From Thermofilaceae archaeon (GTDB lineage: Archaea > Thermoproteota > Thermoprotei > Thermofilales > Thermofilaceae), in contig JAWCCZ010000003.1 in the NCBI GenBank assembly GCA_038861545.1, positions 160,001-224,000 on the forward strand: a DNA stretch of 64,000 nucleotides, in the 5' to 3' direction. The first letter of the stretch is position 1, and every line of letters starts with the position of its first letter. Shown here in pieces: positions 12,636-22,447 of the stretch. The notes beneath the pieces were generated by a model. That model ran no database searches, was not told the origin of the DNA, and was given only the letters and a program-made list of their open reading frames with translations. The translations under genes were made by a program, and so were the position numbers.

Positions 12636-13604
12636 ATGGTGCTGACACCGGCTATATTCGGTAAAGTATCCGTTTACCCTCTAGCTGATGAGAGCTTAGG
12701 GGTAAGATCAATGGCGCTAGGAGTTGAAACACCAGATACGACGATATTGCTCGATGCTGGTGTGTCCTTAGCCCCTAAAAGGTACAGACTACCGCCTCAT
12801 CCAGAAGAATTCTCAGCTGCACGTGATGCCAGGAGGCGTATATTAGAATTCGCTAAGAGTTGTGAAGTAGTTACAATTAGTCATTTCCACTTGGATCATT
12901 ATACACCAAGCTATATCAGTTACTATGAATGGGCAAACCCAGAAGTATTTGAGGCTACGTATGCCGGTAAAACTGTGGTAGTTAAGAGACCGGACAACAC
13001 AGTTAGCTATAACCAGCGGAGAAGGGCAGCGGTGGTCTTAGGTCAACTCGGACAGCTTGGTTGCAAAGTGATGGAAGCCGAAAACGCCAACATAACGATT
13101 GGATCGACTAGGGTAACAGCGTTAGGCCCCTTCCCTCACGGAAGCGGAGAATTCATGGGATGCGTGATGGTTTTTTGTATTGAAAATGGGGATCAAAAGC
13201 TTGTGTATGCTCCGGATGTGCAAGGGCCCGTTGATCGAAGAACAACAGAGATACTTGCGTCGCTTAAGCCAACCCTTTTAGTCATAGGAGGTCCTCCAAC
13301 ATATCTGGAAGGATATCGTGTAGAACAAGTATCTGTGGAGGCGGGTTTAGAGAACTTAGCTACTTTAGCTAAGGTGACTAGCGTCGTGATCTCACATCAC
13401 ATGCTCCGAGAGCTAAACTGGAGGGAAAAACTAGAGAAGGTAGGCATTATTAACTTTCACACCTACGCTGGGATAGCGGGATTAAGTGAAAAATGCCTTG
13501 AGGCTAGACGGAGACAACTTTACGTGGAGAAACCACCCTCAACTAGATTTCGAGAGTGGTTAGAAAAATATCAGAGTGGGTTAAGGGAGCCGCCACCAAT
13601 CTAA
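12636..13604 (+). CDS. Metallo-beta-lactamase-fold hydrolase (UPF0282-like)
   Basis: ESLGVRSM, SHFHLDH, DVQGP, HHMLR. Confidence 0.85.
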   Translation: MVLTPAIFGKVSVYPLADESLGVRSMALGVETPDTTILLDAGVSLAPKRYRLPPHPEEFSAARDARRRILEFAKSCEVVTISHFHLDHYTPSYISYYEWANPEVFEATYAGKTVVVKRPDNTVSYNQRRRAAVVLGQLGQLGCKVMEAENANITIGSTRVTALGPFPHGSGEFMGCVMVFCIENGDQKLVYAPDVQGPVDRRTTEILASLKPTLLVIGGPPTYLEGYRVEQVSVEAGLENLATLAKVTSVVISHHMLRELNWREKLEKVGIINFHTYAGIAGLSEKCLEARRRQLYVEKPPSTRFREWLEKYQSGLREPPPI

Positions 13605-13663
13605 AAATCCAGAGTATTATCTAACCCCGTTGACTTTTTTATACACGGGAGTAAAGGGGATAT

Positions 13664-15034
13664 GTGTGGAGTGTACTGTACTATCTTCGAAATGATCCTG
13701 AAAAACTAAGGTGGTCCCAGAGAATCCGTGGCGACGACATAGGTTTAGTAAATAAAGCTTTGGAACTTGATGCAGAATGGAGAAAGCTCAGAGCGGAAAT
13801 TGATAGGCTGAGACACATAAGGAATGAGCTAGCAGCTAAGGTGAGCAAGGCAAGCCAGGAGGAGCGGATCAACCTTATAAATGAAGCAAGAAAGCTGAGC
13901 GAGGAAATAGAGGCTGCGGAAAAAAAACTGGCTCAGGTTGAGGCTGAAAGAGAGAGCGTGTTGCTGAGGATACCCAACGTCGTGCATGCTACTGTTCCGC
14001 TCGGTAAAAGTGAGGAAGATAACCAGCCAGTTAAGTTTTGGGGAAAACCTAAGGTCTGGGAAGGGTTCCTCGAATCTTTTACATCACAGATAAAGGGTTT
14101 CCAGGTACGCTACGAAGTTATAAACTGGAAACCTATAGGTCACGCCGACGTTAGCGAGGAGAAAGGCTGGGTTGATACAGTTAGAGCGGGAAAGGTTGCT
14201 GGAGCGAGGTTCTACTACATGTTTGACGACCTCGTATGGCTCGAGCAAGCACTTATACTATACGCGCTTGATAACTTATCCAGAAATGGCTTCACAATAG
14301 TGGTTCCACCTTATATGTTGAGAAGAAAGCCATTAGAGGGGGTTATAAGCTTCGGAGATTTCGAAGATGTAGTATACAAGATAGAGGGGGAGGACCTCTA
14401 CCTGATCGCTACGGCTGAGCACTCGCTGGCTGCCTTGCATATGAATGAAACAATCCCGAAGGAGGAGCTACCACTTCTCTACGCAGGCGTTAGCCCTTGC
14501 TTTAGGAAGGAAGCTGGAGCGCACGGGAAGGATACAAAAGGTATTTTCAGAGTCCATCAGTTCACGAAGGTGGAACAATTTGTTTACTGCTTACCGGAAG
14601 AATCATGGGAATTTCATGAAAAATTGATTAGGAATGCCGAAGAATTATTTCAAGGTCTCGAAATCCCATATAGGATCGTCAATGTATGCTCAGGAGACCT
14701 TGGTGTAGTTGCTGCTAAGAAGTATGACTTAGAAGCTTGGATGCCGGCACAAGGCAAGTATAGGGAAATGGTATCGTGCAGCAACACAACGGACTATCAA
14801 TCCTATAGGCTTGGCATCAGATTCGCTAAAGCTCGAGGAGCTCCGGCTGAAGGATACGTCCATACGCTAAACTCAACAGCGATAGCTACTTCTAGGACAA
14901 TAACGGCAATATTAGAGAACCATCAAGAACCAGATGGGAGGATACGAATTCCCCTCGTCTTAAGGAGATACCTAGAGCTTTTCGAAAGAGCTCCGCACGA
15001 CTACATTGAACCGAGGAGGGTAGCGAAAGAGTAA
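13664..15034 (+). CDS. serS: Serine--tRNA ligase
   Basis: N-terminal coiled coil, LIATAE, FRKEAG, FRVHQF, SCSNTTDYQS, HTLNSTA. Confidence 0.96.
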   Translation: MWSVLYYLRNDPEKLRWSQRIRGDDIGLVNKALELDAEWRKLRAEIDRLRHIRNELAAKVSKASQEERINLINEARKLSEEIEAAEKKLAQVEAERESVLLRIPNVVHATVPLGKSEEDNQPVKFWGKPKVWEGFLESFTSQIKGFQVRYEVINWKPIGHADVSEEKGWVDTVRAGKVAGARFYYMFDDLVWLEQALILYALDNLSRNGFTIVVPPYMLRRKPLEGVISFGDFEDVVYKIEGEDLYLIATAEHSLAALHMNETIPKEELPLLYAGVSPCFRKEAGAHGKDTKGIFRVHQFTKVEQFVYCLPEESWEFHEKLIRNAEELFQGLEIPYRIVNVCSGDLGVVAAKKYDLEAWMPAQGKYREMVSCSNTTDYQSYRLGIRFAKARGAPAEGYVHTLNSTAIATSRTITAILENHQEPDGRIRIPLVLRRYLELFERAPHDYIEPRRVAKE

Positions 15035-15044
15035 TTTTTATACG

Positions 15045-16145
15045 CTAAGGTATCCTTAGACCCCTCACCTTAATCCATTCCTTCAATTCTCCTTTTACAA
15101 CTATTGTCGCTCGCTTTAACTCTATTAGATTCTTTGACCCTGTCAAAAATGCGGCACGCCTCAGCCCCTCTATAACTCGCTCCAAGTACTTCACCACATG
15201 CGTATATCCTCCCTCAGCTGCAGCACGGATAACAGGATAAGCTAAACCGCACAGGTCTGCTCCTAGCCTAATTGCCTTAGCTACATCGATTCCATTTCTT
15301 ATACCTCCTGTGGCGATAACAAGCAGGTCAGTAGACGCGTTTCGTACCTCAATCACGCTTGCAGCAGTAGGTATCCCCCATTCAGCGAAGTCTTCAGCTA
15401 ATTCATAAAGCAATGTTTTTCCCTCGCTGAGGGCTCTTAATCCCTCGACTTTCGCGAAAGAAGTACCACCCGCCCCGCTAACGTCTACTCCTAGTACCCC
15501 TGTAGAGGCTATTTTTTCTGCTACTTCCTTGCTTATGCCGGCGCCTGTTTCTTTAACTATAATCGGTACTGGAGCTTCGCCCACAATATTTTCAAGCTTT
15601 CTAAGAAAGCCGGAGTATTGAGAGTCACCCTCTATCTGCAATGCTTCTTGCAAAGGGTTTAAATGAATAGCCAGTGCATCTGCCTCTATCATATCCACGA
15701 GTCTCTTTAATTCAGTTGGTCCCAGTTTTTCAATCACCTGGCTTGCTCCAATGTTCGCGATCACCGGAACACTGGTAGCATATTCCCTAACTATTCGAAA
15801 AGTCTTTTGAACTTCTGGCTTCTCTAAAGCTATACGTTGACTTCCCACTCCGACTGCTATTTTAAGCTCCTCAGCCACTTTAGCGAATACTGCATTAAAT
15901 TTCTCCGCAATATGAGTGCCTCCGGTCATTCCGGCGATCAGAAGCGGTGCATTAAGCTCATAGCCTAGAAAGCGAGTTGTAAGCTTGACATCATGAAGGT
16001 TGATTTCTGGGGTGGCGACGTGAACGAGATCCGCATACTCTAGCCACGACGTTTTAACAATGGGTTGCGATGCAGGCAGCAAAGAGTAATAGATATGGTC
16101 ATCTTTTCTATTGTAAACATCTAAATGCTTCTCCACGCTTAGCAC
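15045..16145 (-). CDS. fni: Type 2 isopentenyl-diphosphate delta-isomerase
   Basis: RKDDHI, MTGG, GSQR, HLNPLQE, KETGAG, GAGGTS. Confidence 0.95.
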   Translation of the reverse strand: MLSVEKHLDVYNRKDDHIYYSLLPASQPIVKTSWLEYADLVHVATPEINLHDVKLTTRFLGYELNAPLLIAGMTGGTHIAEKFNAVFAKVAEELKIAVGVGSQRIALEKPEVQKTFRIVREYATSVPVIANIGASQVIEKLGPTELKRLVDMIEADALAIHLNPLQEALQIEGDSQYSGFLRKLENIVGEAPVPIIVKETGAGISKEVAEKIASTGVLGVDVSGAGGTSFAKVEGLRALSEGKTLLYELAEDFAEWGIPTAASVIEVRNASTDLLVIATGGIRNGIDVAKAIRLGADLCGLAYPVIRAAAEGGYTHVVKYLERVIEGLRRAAFLTGSKNLIELKRATIVVKGELKEWIKVRGLRIP

Positions 16146-16990
16146 CTTAAAAACACCAGGCTGGCGTAACCGACGACAGATGAGTAATCACCAGTAATAT
16201 CTCCAGAATTGGCATACCTCAACAATTGAGCATTTCGGACTCCCAGCTCCTTAGAGGCAGAAATTAATGCCATTATAGCCCCATAGCCGCAGATAGTAGC
16301 ATCCCTCTCTATGATTATATCATACAACTCTCGCTCGTTAAGCCTAATGATCGCATCTATCGCTGCTTTATCTTTCTCAGCAGCTTTCCCGGCTTCCTCG
16401 TAATGAGTAAAGTCACTACTAGCCACTACATAAGCTTTTAAGCCGCTTTCATTGATGAGTTTAGCTAAAGCGCGCCCAAGGATTCTTGAGACTTCGAGGT
16501 TCTGCAAGTACATGGTTACCGGTACTATCTTAAAATCATTGCCAAAAATAAACTGCAGAAAAGGTAATTGTACCTCTAATGAATGTTCATACTTATGTGC
16601 GCTTTCATCAAAGGCTAAAATTCCGCTTTTCTCAATGAGTTGTTTTGCAGAATCTTTATCCACTTCTACCGAACCTAGTGGAGTCTCCCATGCATCTGCC
16701 TCTGAAACAGCCATAGGAACTCCTATTCCATGATGATTAGGGCCAAGCAACACAATAGTGTCCGGTACCCCGCTTCTAGCTAGCTCTGCATAGCCAAAGG
16801 CAGCTATGTAACCGGAGTAGACATAACCTGCGTGAGGAGCGATGATACCCGCAATCCTTTCTTCATACTTTTTTGAAGTAACTGGTTTACCGCCTGGACC
16901 TTTTGCAAAAGCTTCTTCAAGCTGTTTGATCAAACGCTCCCTATTAGCTTCGTAAAATAAACCTGCAACTACTGGCTTTCTGATCCTCAT
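16139..16990 (-). CDS. MEMO1 family protein (AmmeMemoRadiSam protein B)
   Basis: VAGLFY, PHAGYVYSG, GPNH, EHSLEVQLPFLQ, SSDFTHY, CGYG. Confidence 0.93.
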   Translation of the reverse strand: MRIRKPVVAGLFYEANRERLIKQLEEAFAKGPGGKPVTSKKYEERIAGIIAPHAGYVYSGYIAAFGYAELARSGVPDTIVLLGPNHHGIGVPMAVSEADAWETPLGSVEVDKDSAKQLIEKSGILAFDESAHKYEHSLEVQLPFLQFIFGNDFKIVPVTMYLQNLEVSRILGRALAKLINESGLKAYVVASSDFTHYEEAGKAAEKDKAAIDAIIRLNERELYDIIIERDATICGYGAIMALISASKELGVRNAQLLRYANSGDITGDYSSVVGYASLVFLRC

Positions 16991-17061
16991 AAATCCCCAG
17001 TGCTTGACTTGTTTAATAACCCATTATTTTTAGCTTTCTTTAGTATAAGGTCTGTTTTTGG

Positions 17062-17733
17062 TTAAACCTCACTAGTCAATATAACTTTCGCTTCAAATTC
17101 CTCGGGAGGAATCGGTAGTTCTCCTCCTGGCGGCAGTTCTCCCCTCTCCCGCAACACCTGCCTAGCCAGTAGCCAGTAGAGCAGAGCTAGAGACTTTCTA
17201 CCACGATTATTAGCTGGAATCACCACGTCAACGTTCTCGACTGAACTATCAGTGTCACAGAATGCTACTACTGGTATACCTATAGTTGATGCTTCGCTTA
17301 TTGCTTGAAAGTCAACTCTAGGGTCGGTAGCTATTAAAAGGTCTGCTTCAATATAATTACTAAATTGCGGATTCGTTAGTATGCCGGGGGGGAAACGGCC
17401 GATAATGGACATACAGCCGGTCAACGCACAGAATTTTTGAACTGGGGTAAAGCCATATTGTCTAGCAGATACAACTACGATACGGGCTGGGTCATAACGA
17501 GCTATAAAGCGGGATGCGATTCTAATCCTACGATCGATTTCTTGAACGTCTAAAAGGTAAAGTCCATCCGGCCTTATACCGTATATGAAGCGTTTCATGA
17601 ATCTACTTTTCATTCTAGTACCTATTCTAATACCAGTCACTAGGTAAAGTTCTAATGGTACCAATAGTTCAACTTCTTTAAGCTCCTCTTGAATCCTTGC
17701 TACATCTTTTGCCCTTTCTTCTTCTGTTGCCAA
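17062..17733 (-). CDS. rps2: 30S ribosomal protein S2 (uS2)
   Basis: GIRIGT, GRFPPGILTNP, IPANNRGRKSLAL. Confidence 0.95.
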   Translation of the reverse strand: MATEEERAKDVARIQEELKEVELLVPLELYLVTGIRIGTRMKSRFMKRFIYGIRPDGLYLLDVQEIDRRIRIASRFIARYDPARIVVVSARQYGFTPVQKFCALTGCMSIIGRFPPGILTNPQFSNYIEADLLIATDPRVDFQAISEASTIGIPVVAFCDTDSSVENVDVVIPANNRGRKSLALLYWLLARQVLRERGELPPGGELPIPPEEFEAKVILTSEV

Positions 17734-17737
17734 GTAA

Positions 17738-18490
17738 TCACCTTGTGCGGGTGTCCACTACTCCCTTAATATCTCTTACTCGCCTTTCTCCTATGTGTAG
17801 AAGCTTTATTTTATTGTCCCCCAGGTATATCATTGTGTGGGATGGTGGACGCCAGTAAGGAACACCTGGCATCCACGCATTTCTCCAACTACCTGTGTTT
17901 CCTATTTTAGAGGCAGGGTCCAAGCCGGATAGATGCGTATGTCCCATAAACAGCCACCAATTATCAGGTAACCGTAATAATCTCCTAAGTTTTCTCTCAA
18001 GGTATAGAGTCCTACCAAACGCTTCTGCTAACAAGTTAACTATAAACGCATGAGCACCGTTCTTCACTATTATATCTCCATGAGTTAGAAATGCTTTCAT
18101 TCCTCCCGCCTGAGCGATTAGTGCTCCAGGATATAAGTGAACTCTCGTATTATCTAAATACAGGTGGAGATCTCTGCTTAGTATCGGGTCGTGGCTAGAG
18201 AGGCTAGTCACATAATAGACCTCTAACTTATTTACATCGTTTCTCCTAAAAATAACCCTAAAAGCTCTGCTCAGCTCGTCTCTCGTAACTATACGGTGCA
18301 TATCGTCGAATAAGTCACCCAATACTACTAGCGAGTTAGCACCAACCTCATCTGTTAAGCGAGTTATCAGAGTCATCTTTTCATCGCTAAAATTGGTGTG
18401 GATATCTGAGACAAGTACTATGGGATCCTCGACGACCGTTACGTAATAGTTCACATCCAGCATTACACACCTATAGGTGGCTGTCGACAT
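17738..18490 (-). CDS. Calcineurin-like metallophosphoesterase
   Basis: SDIH, GDLFD, THGD, GHTH, NTGSW; start codon uncertain. Confidence 0.8.
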   Translation of the reverse strand: MSTATYRCVMLDVNYYVTVVEDPIVLVSDIHTNFSDEKMTLITRLTDEVGANSLVVLGDLFDDMHRIVTRDELSRAFRVIFRRNDVNKLEVYYVTSLSSHDPILSRDLHLYLDNTRVHLYPGALIAQAGGMKAFLTHGDIIVKNGAHAFIVNLLAEAFGRTLYLERKLRRLLRLPDNWWLFMGHTHLSGLDPASKIGNTGSWRNAWMPGVPYWRPPSHTMIYLGDNKIKLLHIGERRVRDIKGVVDTRTR

Positions 18491-18550
18491 ACAATAAAAA
18501 CTCAGCGATTTAGCGAGGAGAACTTAAAAGACCAGGGTTTCAGTATAAGC

Positions 18551-20062
18551 GTGGGTCTACGTCTAGGTCTCATAGTAGTTGTTATACTGCTAGCCTGTAC
18601 CATTTGGACAGTCTCTGGAGCACCGGATCTCAGCTACTTCATAGAGGTTCAAAGAAACGGTAATGCTAGCGTAACATTAGTAGTGACAGATAGCAGGGGG
18701 TCGCGTTTTTACACATACTTACCACGTTTCGAGAAATGGAACTATACTGTATGGAGTGGGCAGCTGCTGAATATAACCGAAAAGGAAACACAGTATTACT
18801 TTTACAAAAATGTAAGTTTTAGCTATATAACAAATGAAGCAGGTTCATTCGGTATGAATGTTTCATACATGTTTCCCTTTGCTTCTCTTTGCATTGGAGA
18901 CAGAGGCTGGTTCATGTCTCCCTTATTAGGAGCACCACCCGAGGCTTATGTGAAAATACAAGTAAAGATCAGCGGTTTAGCAAAAATTTTGGACGTATCA
19001 CTAAACGATGCGCTAGTACGCTACAGGAGTAGCGGCGAGAATATCTGGATAGATGCTTCCTCGCAGGGCTTAGCTACTGGTGGGCGAGTTGTAGTAAATT
19101 ACAGACTGTCTGAACCCATAGCAGATGAAGTTTTCGAGTTTAGTTTTAACGGGGTAGTCACTAAAGTGAGATCACCCCCCCTCTATAGGGGGTTCGCGGG
19201 CACGATTTTTAACGTAACCAGTCTTGCGTTACCGAAGCTCAGTCAACATCTCGGATATGCGGTAAACGCGGTTGAGTTTGAGTTCTTTTTGCCTGCGCAG
19301 CTGGGTCTCAGTGCTCTAGGTTACGTGATCGGAGAAGATATCAATGTAGGAGGAGAAGGGGCAATACATCTGAACTTAGCCTTGTTAAGGTTTAAAGAAG
19401 GTTACTTAGAAGCCACAGTAGTGCACGAGCTTGTACATAAAGCGCTTGGAGCCGCAGGTATTCCGGCCAATCAAGAGCTTCGCTGGTTTCATGAAGGTGT
19501 TGCGCAATACGTTTCACTCAGGGTCTGCAGAGAGCTAGGTCTTGACGTCAGTGATGAGGAATCATCTCTAGAGAATGCAATTTGGATGTTTAAACAAGGT
19601 TTAGTTAAACCTGGTTTCGTTCAGAGATGGGCCCCCTCCGGAGATGAATCATCTTACTACACGGCCTCATACTACATCGTCTCCGAGCTGGCTAAGTCGA
19701 GAGGTGAAATGAACTTCATAGAGGCAGTAGTCAGAGAGATTAAAAAGAGGGGTGGCGTAAAAAATAATCAAGAATTGGTAGATGCTATTAGCTCGGCAGC
19801 AGAAGAGGATCTATATCCGCTATTCGCTGAATGGGGGTTTAGTATAGAAAGGCCAGCTAAAACGCCTGCAAACATAACAATAGTTGCAGCCTTAGCGCTT
19901 ATCATGGCTGTGGCGTTTTCCCTTTACATTATATTAAAGCAAAGAGAACATGCTAAATGTCCGTACTGTTACGCTGAAATTCCACGTGATGCTGTTTACT
20001 GTCCTTACTGTGCTTATCCACTCAAACCAACTGAAGACGGCGGGCCTAATTTATCAAACTAG
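18551..20062 (+). CDS. Membrane-anchored gluzincin (M1-like) metallopeptidase with C-terminal zinc ribbon
   Basis: Signal peptide, HELVH-x18-E (WFHEG), C-terminal TM, then CPYC..CPYC. Confidence 0.82.
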   Translation: MGLRLGLIVVVILLACTIWTVSGAPDLSYFIEVQRNGNASVTLVVTDSRGSRFYTYLPRFEKWNYTVWSGQLLNITEKETQYYFYKNVSFSYITNEAGSFGMNVSYMFPFASLCIGDRGWFMSPLLGAPPEAYVKIQVKISGLAKILDVSLNDALVRYRSSGENIWIDASSQGLATGGRVVVNYRLSEPIADEVFEFSFNGVVTKVRSPPLYRGFAGTIFNVTSLALPKLSQHLGYAVNAVEFEFFLPAQLGLSALGYVIGEDINVGGEGAIHLNLALLRFKEGYLEATVVHELVHKALGAAGIPANQELRWFHEGVAQYVSLRVCRELGLDVSDEESSLENAIWMFKQGLVKPGFVQRWAPSGDESSYYTASYYIVSELAKSRGEMNFIEAVVREIKKRGGVKNNQELVDAISSAAEEDLYPLFAEWGFSIERPAKTPANITIVAALALIMAVAFSLYIILKQREHAKCPYCYAEIPRDAVYCPYCAYPLKPTEDGGPNLSN

Positions 20063-20082
20063 AAGAGCGTACAGCTTATCGG

Positions 20083-21483
20083 TTAACCATACCTGTCGTC
20101 AAGTTCCTCATCCTGTTCGTAACGCTCTCTTCTAGTAGTTTTTTCCAATGCCCTTCTTACCTCCCAGCCTAAGTAAAAAGCATGGTCGGCCGATAGGGAA
20201 GAAGCGAGGGCCTTTATAGACCGGTAAATCGGTTCTAGAGTCACAAGTTGACGTCCATCAGGGGCTCTATGCTCGATCTCTATTTGTTTGTCTTTGATGG
20301 AGATCAAGAAATTACCCCTCGGATCTGGGACGAATGCCGAAAGTATCTCATAGTAGTCGTGTACTAATTTCCAGGCTTTCTCCCAGTCGTGCTCGTAAAC
20401 GTGAGCAGAACAACTGATCAGAGTAACGACACCTAGTTTTAATCCCAGGTTTTCAGCAATGTTTTCAGCTAGTTTTAATTGTCCCCAGGCGTTGTAGGGC
20501 CATGCCCCGTATACATCGTTGCTCCTAACGAAGACCGTGTGATTGTAGAAGCCTTCCGTTACATCACCTTGTATCGCCAGTATGCATGGAGGCTCTGTAC
20601 TGTTTTTATCCACATTATGTTCCCAAAGGACAGCTAAGGCCCTACGAGTATCTGGGCAGTCTTTAAGCTTTCTGATCAATGTTTCAAGCTGGTCGCCTGC
20701 AATAGAATGAGCCCGTAACCTTTCACCGTAAGTGTAGGTAACGCCTTCAGGTTTTTGTGGCGAAAAGAGGCCGCGCAGGTGGGCTTCAAAACCACTGGGG
20801 TCTATGTATCTGGAGAACTCTCTCTCCAAGTTTAGTTGTTTACCGTAAGCATGAAGCGAAACAATAAGATTAAGCAGCTGTTTTTGGCGTTCACCATACT
20901 CGCTTTTCTTAACTGAACCGTAGAACATTACCGAGTACATAGCCTTAACCCAGGCTCTGAAGAGTGAGTCGTCCTGGACAAGCTGACCACTTATCGGTAA
21001 TGGCCATCCCTCTACAGCAATCTCGGTGAGTTCGAGTTCCACTACCGCCCGCTTTGGAGGTGAGGGATTATACAGAGAAGTAATAGTATTTTCAAGGGAT
21101 TTCCAGTCACCTTGTCTAAACGCCTCCCGGAGGTCAACTACTTTAATGTCGTTTATGACTGGTTGAACAATTTCAAGTGGCCACATAAGTGCAAAGGTAC
21201 GTTTTCGTTCTTGGAGAAATTTAATTAGCGCTTCACCGCTTCCCGAAAGATCCGCACCGAAGATTACAAGTGTGTTAACTTCAGGGTGCTCAGCTAGCGT
21301 ATGTAAAAGATAGTTGATTCCGTAAGGCGTGTAAAGCGTACCAACGGCCTGTACATTTCCGATTAACCCTCTCTGCTCAAGATAGCGAAGTATTATATCC
21401 TTTCGAGTCCATAAAGTCACTATCGCAATATTGGATCGAGAGTTAACGAAGATAACATCTTTATGTATCACCTTAATTCCCAA
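20083..21483 (-). CDS. thyA: Thymidylate synthase (ThyA-type) with MtrA-like N-terminal and DUF4346-like C-terminal domains
   Basis: YTYGERL, TRRA, PPCI, RSND, SAHVYE; C-terminal DPRGNFLI...HAFYLGWE. Confidence 0.82.
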   Translation of the reverse strand: MGIKVIHKDVIFVNSRSNIAIVTLWTRKDIILRYLEQRGLIGNVQAVGTLYTPYGINYLLHTLAEHPEVNTLVIFGADLSGSGEALIKFLQERKRTFALMWPLEIVQPVINDIKVVDLREAFRQGDWKSLENTITSLYNPSPPKRAVVELELTEIAVEGWPLPISGQLVQDDSLFRAWVKAMYSVMFYGSVKKSEYGERQKQLLNLIVSLHAYGKQLNLEREFSRYIDPSGFEAHLRGLFSPQKPEGVTYTYGERLRAHSIAGDQLETLIRKLKDCPDTRRALAVLWEHNVDKNSTEPPCILAIQGDVTEGFYNHTVFVRSNDVYGAWPYNAWGQLKLAENIAENLGLKLGVVTLISCSAHVYEHDWEKAWKLVHDYYEILSAFVPDPRGNFLISIKDKQIEIEHRAPDGRQLVTLEPIYRSIKALASSLSADHAFYLGWEVRRALEKTTRRERYEQDEELDDRYG

Positions 21484-21574
21484 GAAAATTTGGAATACCC
21501 TAGAATATCGGCCTAAGTTCAGCTCTCCAGAAATTCCACGGTATTAAAGCGGTGTTTCATATCTAATGCCTATG

Positions 21575-22447
21575 CTAAACATTCTTAGTTTGGTTTAGCC
21601 CGTCTAGGCCATTCAAACCGCTTAAGTAGCTGGTAATTAATAGGCGGGCATGGTCGCTTCTTGGATGCGCTATAATTTCTCCCAATAGACCTTCCTCAAC
21701 TATGACTCCCTTATAGAGTATAACAGCTCGGTCGGCCAAATACTGTGCAACTGGTAAATCATGTGTAACAGTCACCATCGCTAATTCCAGCTTCTTCTGG
21801 ATATTACATAAAAGGTCTATAATCTGCGCTTGGATTGAGACGTCCAGAGCCGAAGTTGGTTCATCTAGCAGAAGCATTTCTGGATCATGAACAATAGCTC
21901 TGGCTATGAGAACTCTCTGCATCATTCCACCGCTTAACTGTGAAGGATAGTAACTTAGAATTGATTCGTGGAGCTGTACTATCCGAAGAGCATCCTTTAT
22001 TTTTTCTGTCTTCTCCCTTTCGCTTAGATCAACTCTAGCTAATGGTTCAGTCATAACGTCCGCTATTTTAAGCCTAGGATTCAGCGACCTTGCTGGATCC
22101 TGTGGAACATATCCTATTTGCCTTGTAACCCGCCATCGCAACCTAGCGGGTATTCTATAGATCTGCTCTCCAACGACTATGACATCACCTTGAAGAGGAG
22201 GGAGAAGTCCCAATATTACTTTCAGCAATGTAGTTTTACCGGATCCACTTTCCCCGATAATCGCTAGGCGTTCACCATCATTCACCCTCAAATCAATATC
22301 CATGATTACAGGTTTGAATATTTTTTTCAGGGTTTTGAAGCCCTCAGCTATGTAATAGCCCGCCGTAACTTTTCTAAGCTCGATTATCGCGCTGCTACCC
22401 GCGGTTGTTGTAGAGCCAGCACGCCACATACCGATCACCTTCAGCAA
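21575..22447 (-). CDS. Dpp/Opp-type ABC transporter ATP-binding subunit (DppF-like)
   Basis: GESGSGKT, LSGGMMQR, DEPTSALD; true start probably slightly downstream. Confidence 0.92.
   Translation of the reverse strand: MLKVIGMWRAGSTTTAGSSAIIELRKVTAGYYIAEGFKTLKKIFKPVIMDIDLRVNDGERLAIIGESGSGKTTLLKVILGLLPPLQGDVIVVGEQIYRIPARLRWRVTRQIGYVPQDPARSLNPRLKIADVMTEPLARVDLSEREKTEKIKDALRIVQLHESILSYYPSQLSGGMMQRVLIARAIVHDPEMLLLDEPTSALDVSIQAQIIDLLCNIQKKLELAMVTVTHDLPVAQYLADRAVILYKGVIVEEGLLGEIIAHPRSDHARLLITSYLSGLNGLDGLNQTKNV

Noticed and set aside
14030-14145. Insertion in SerRS (KPKVWEGF...WKP)
   Set aside because: As I recall, this is a common feature of archaeal SerRS of this type; not an intein and not novel.
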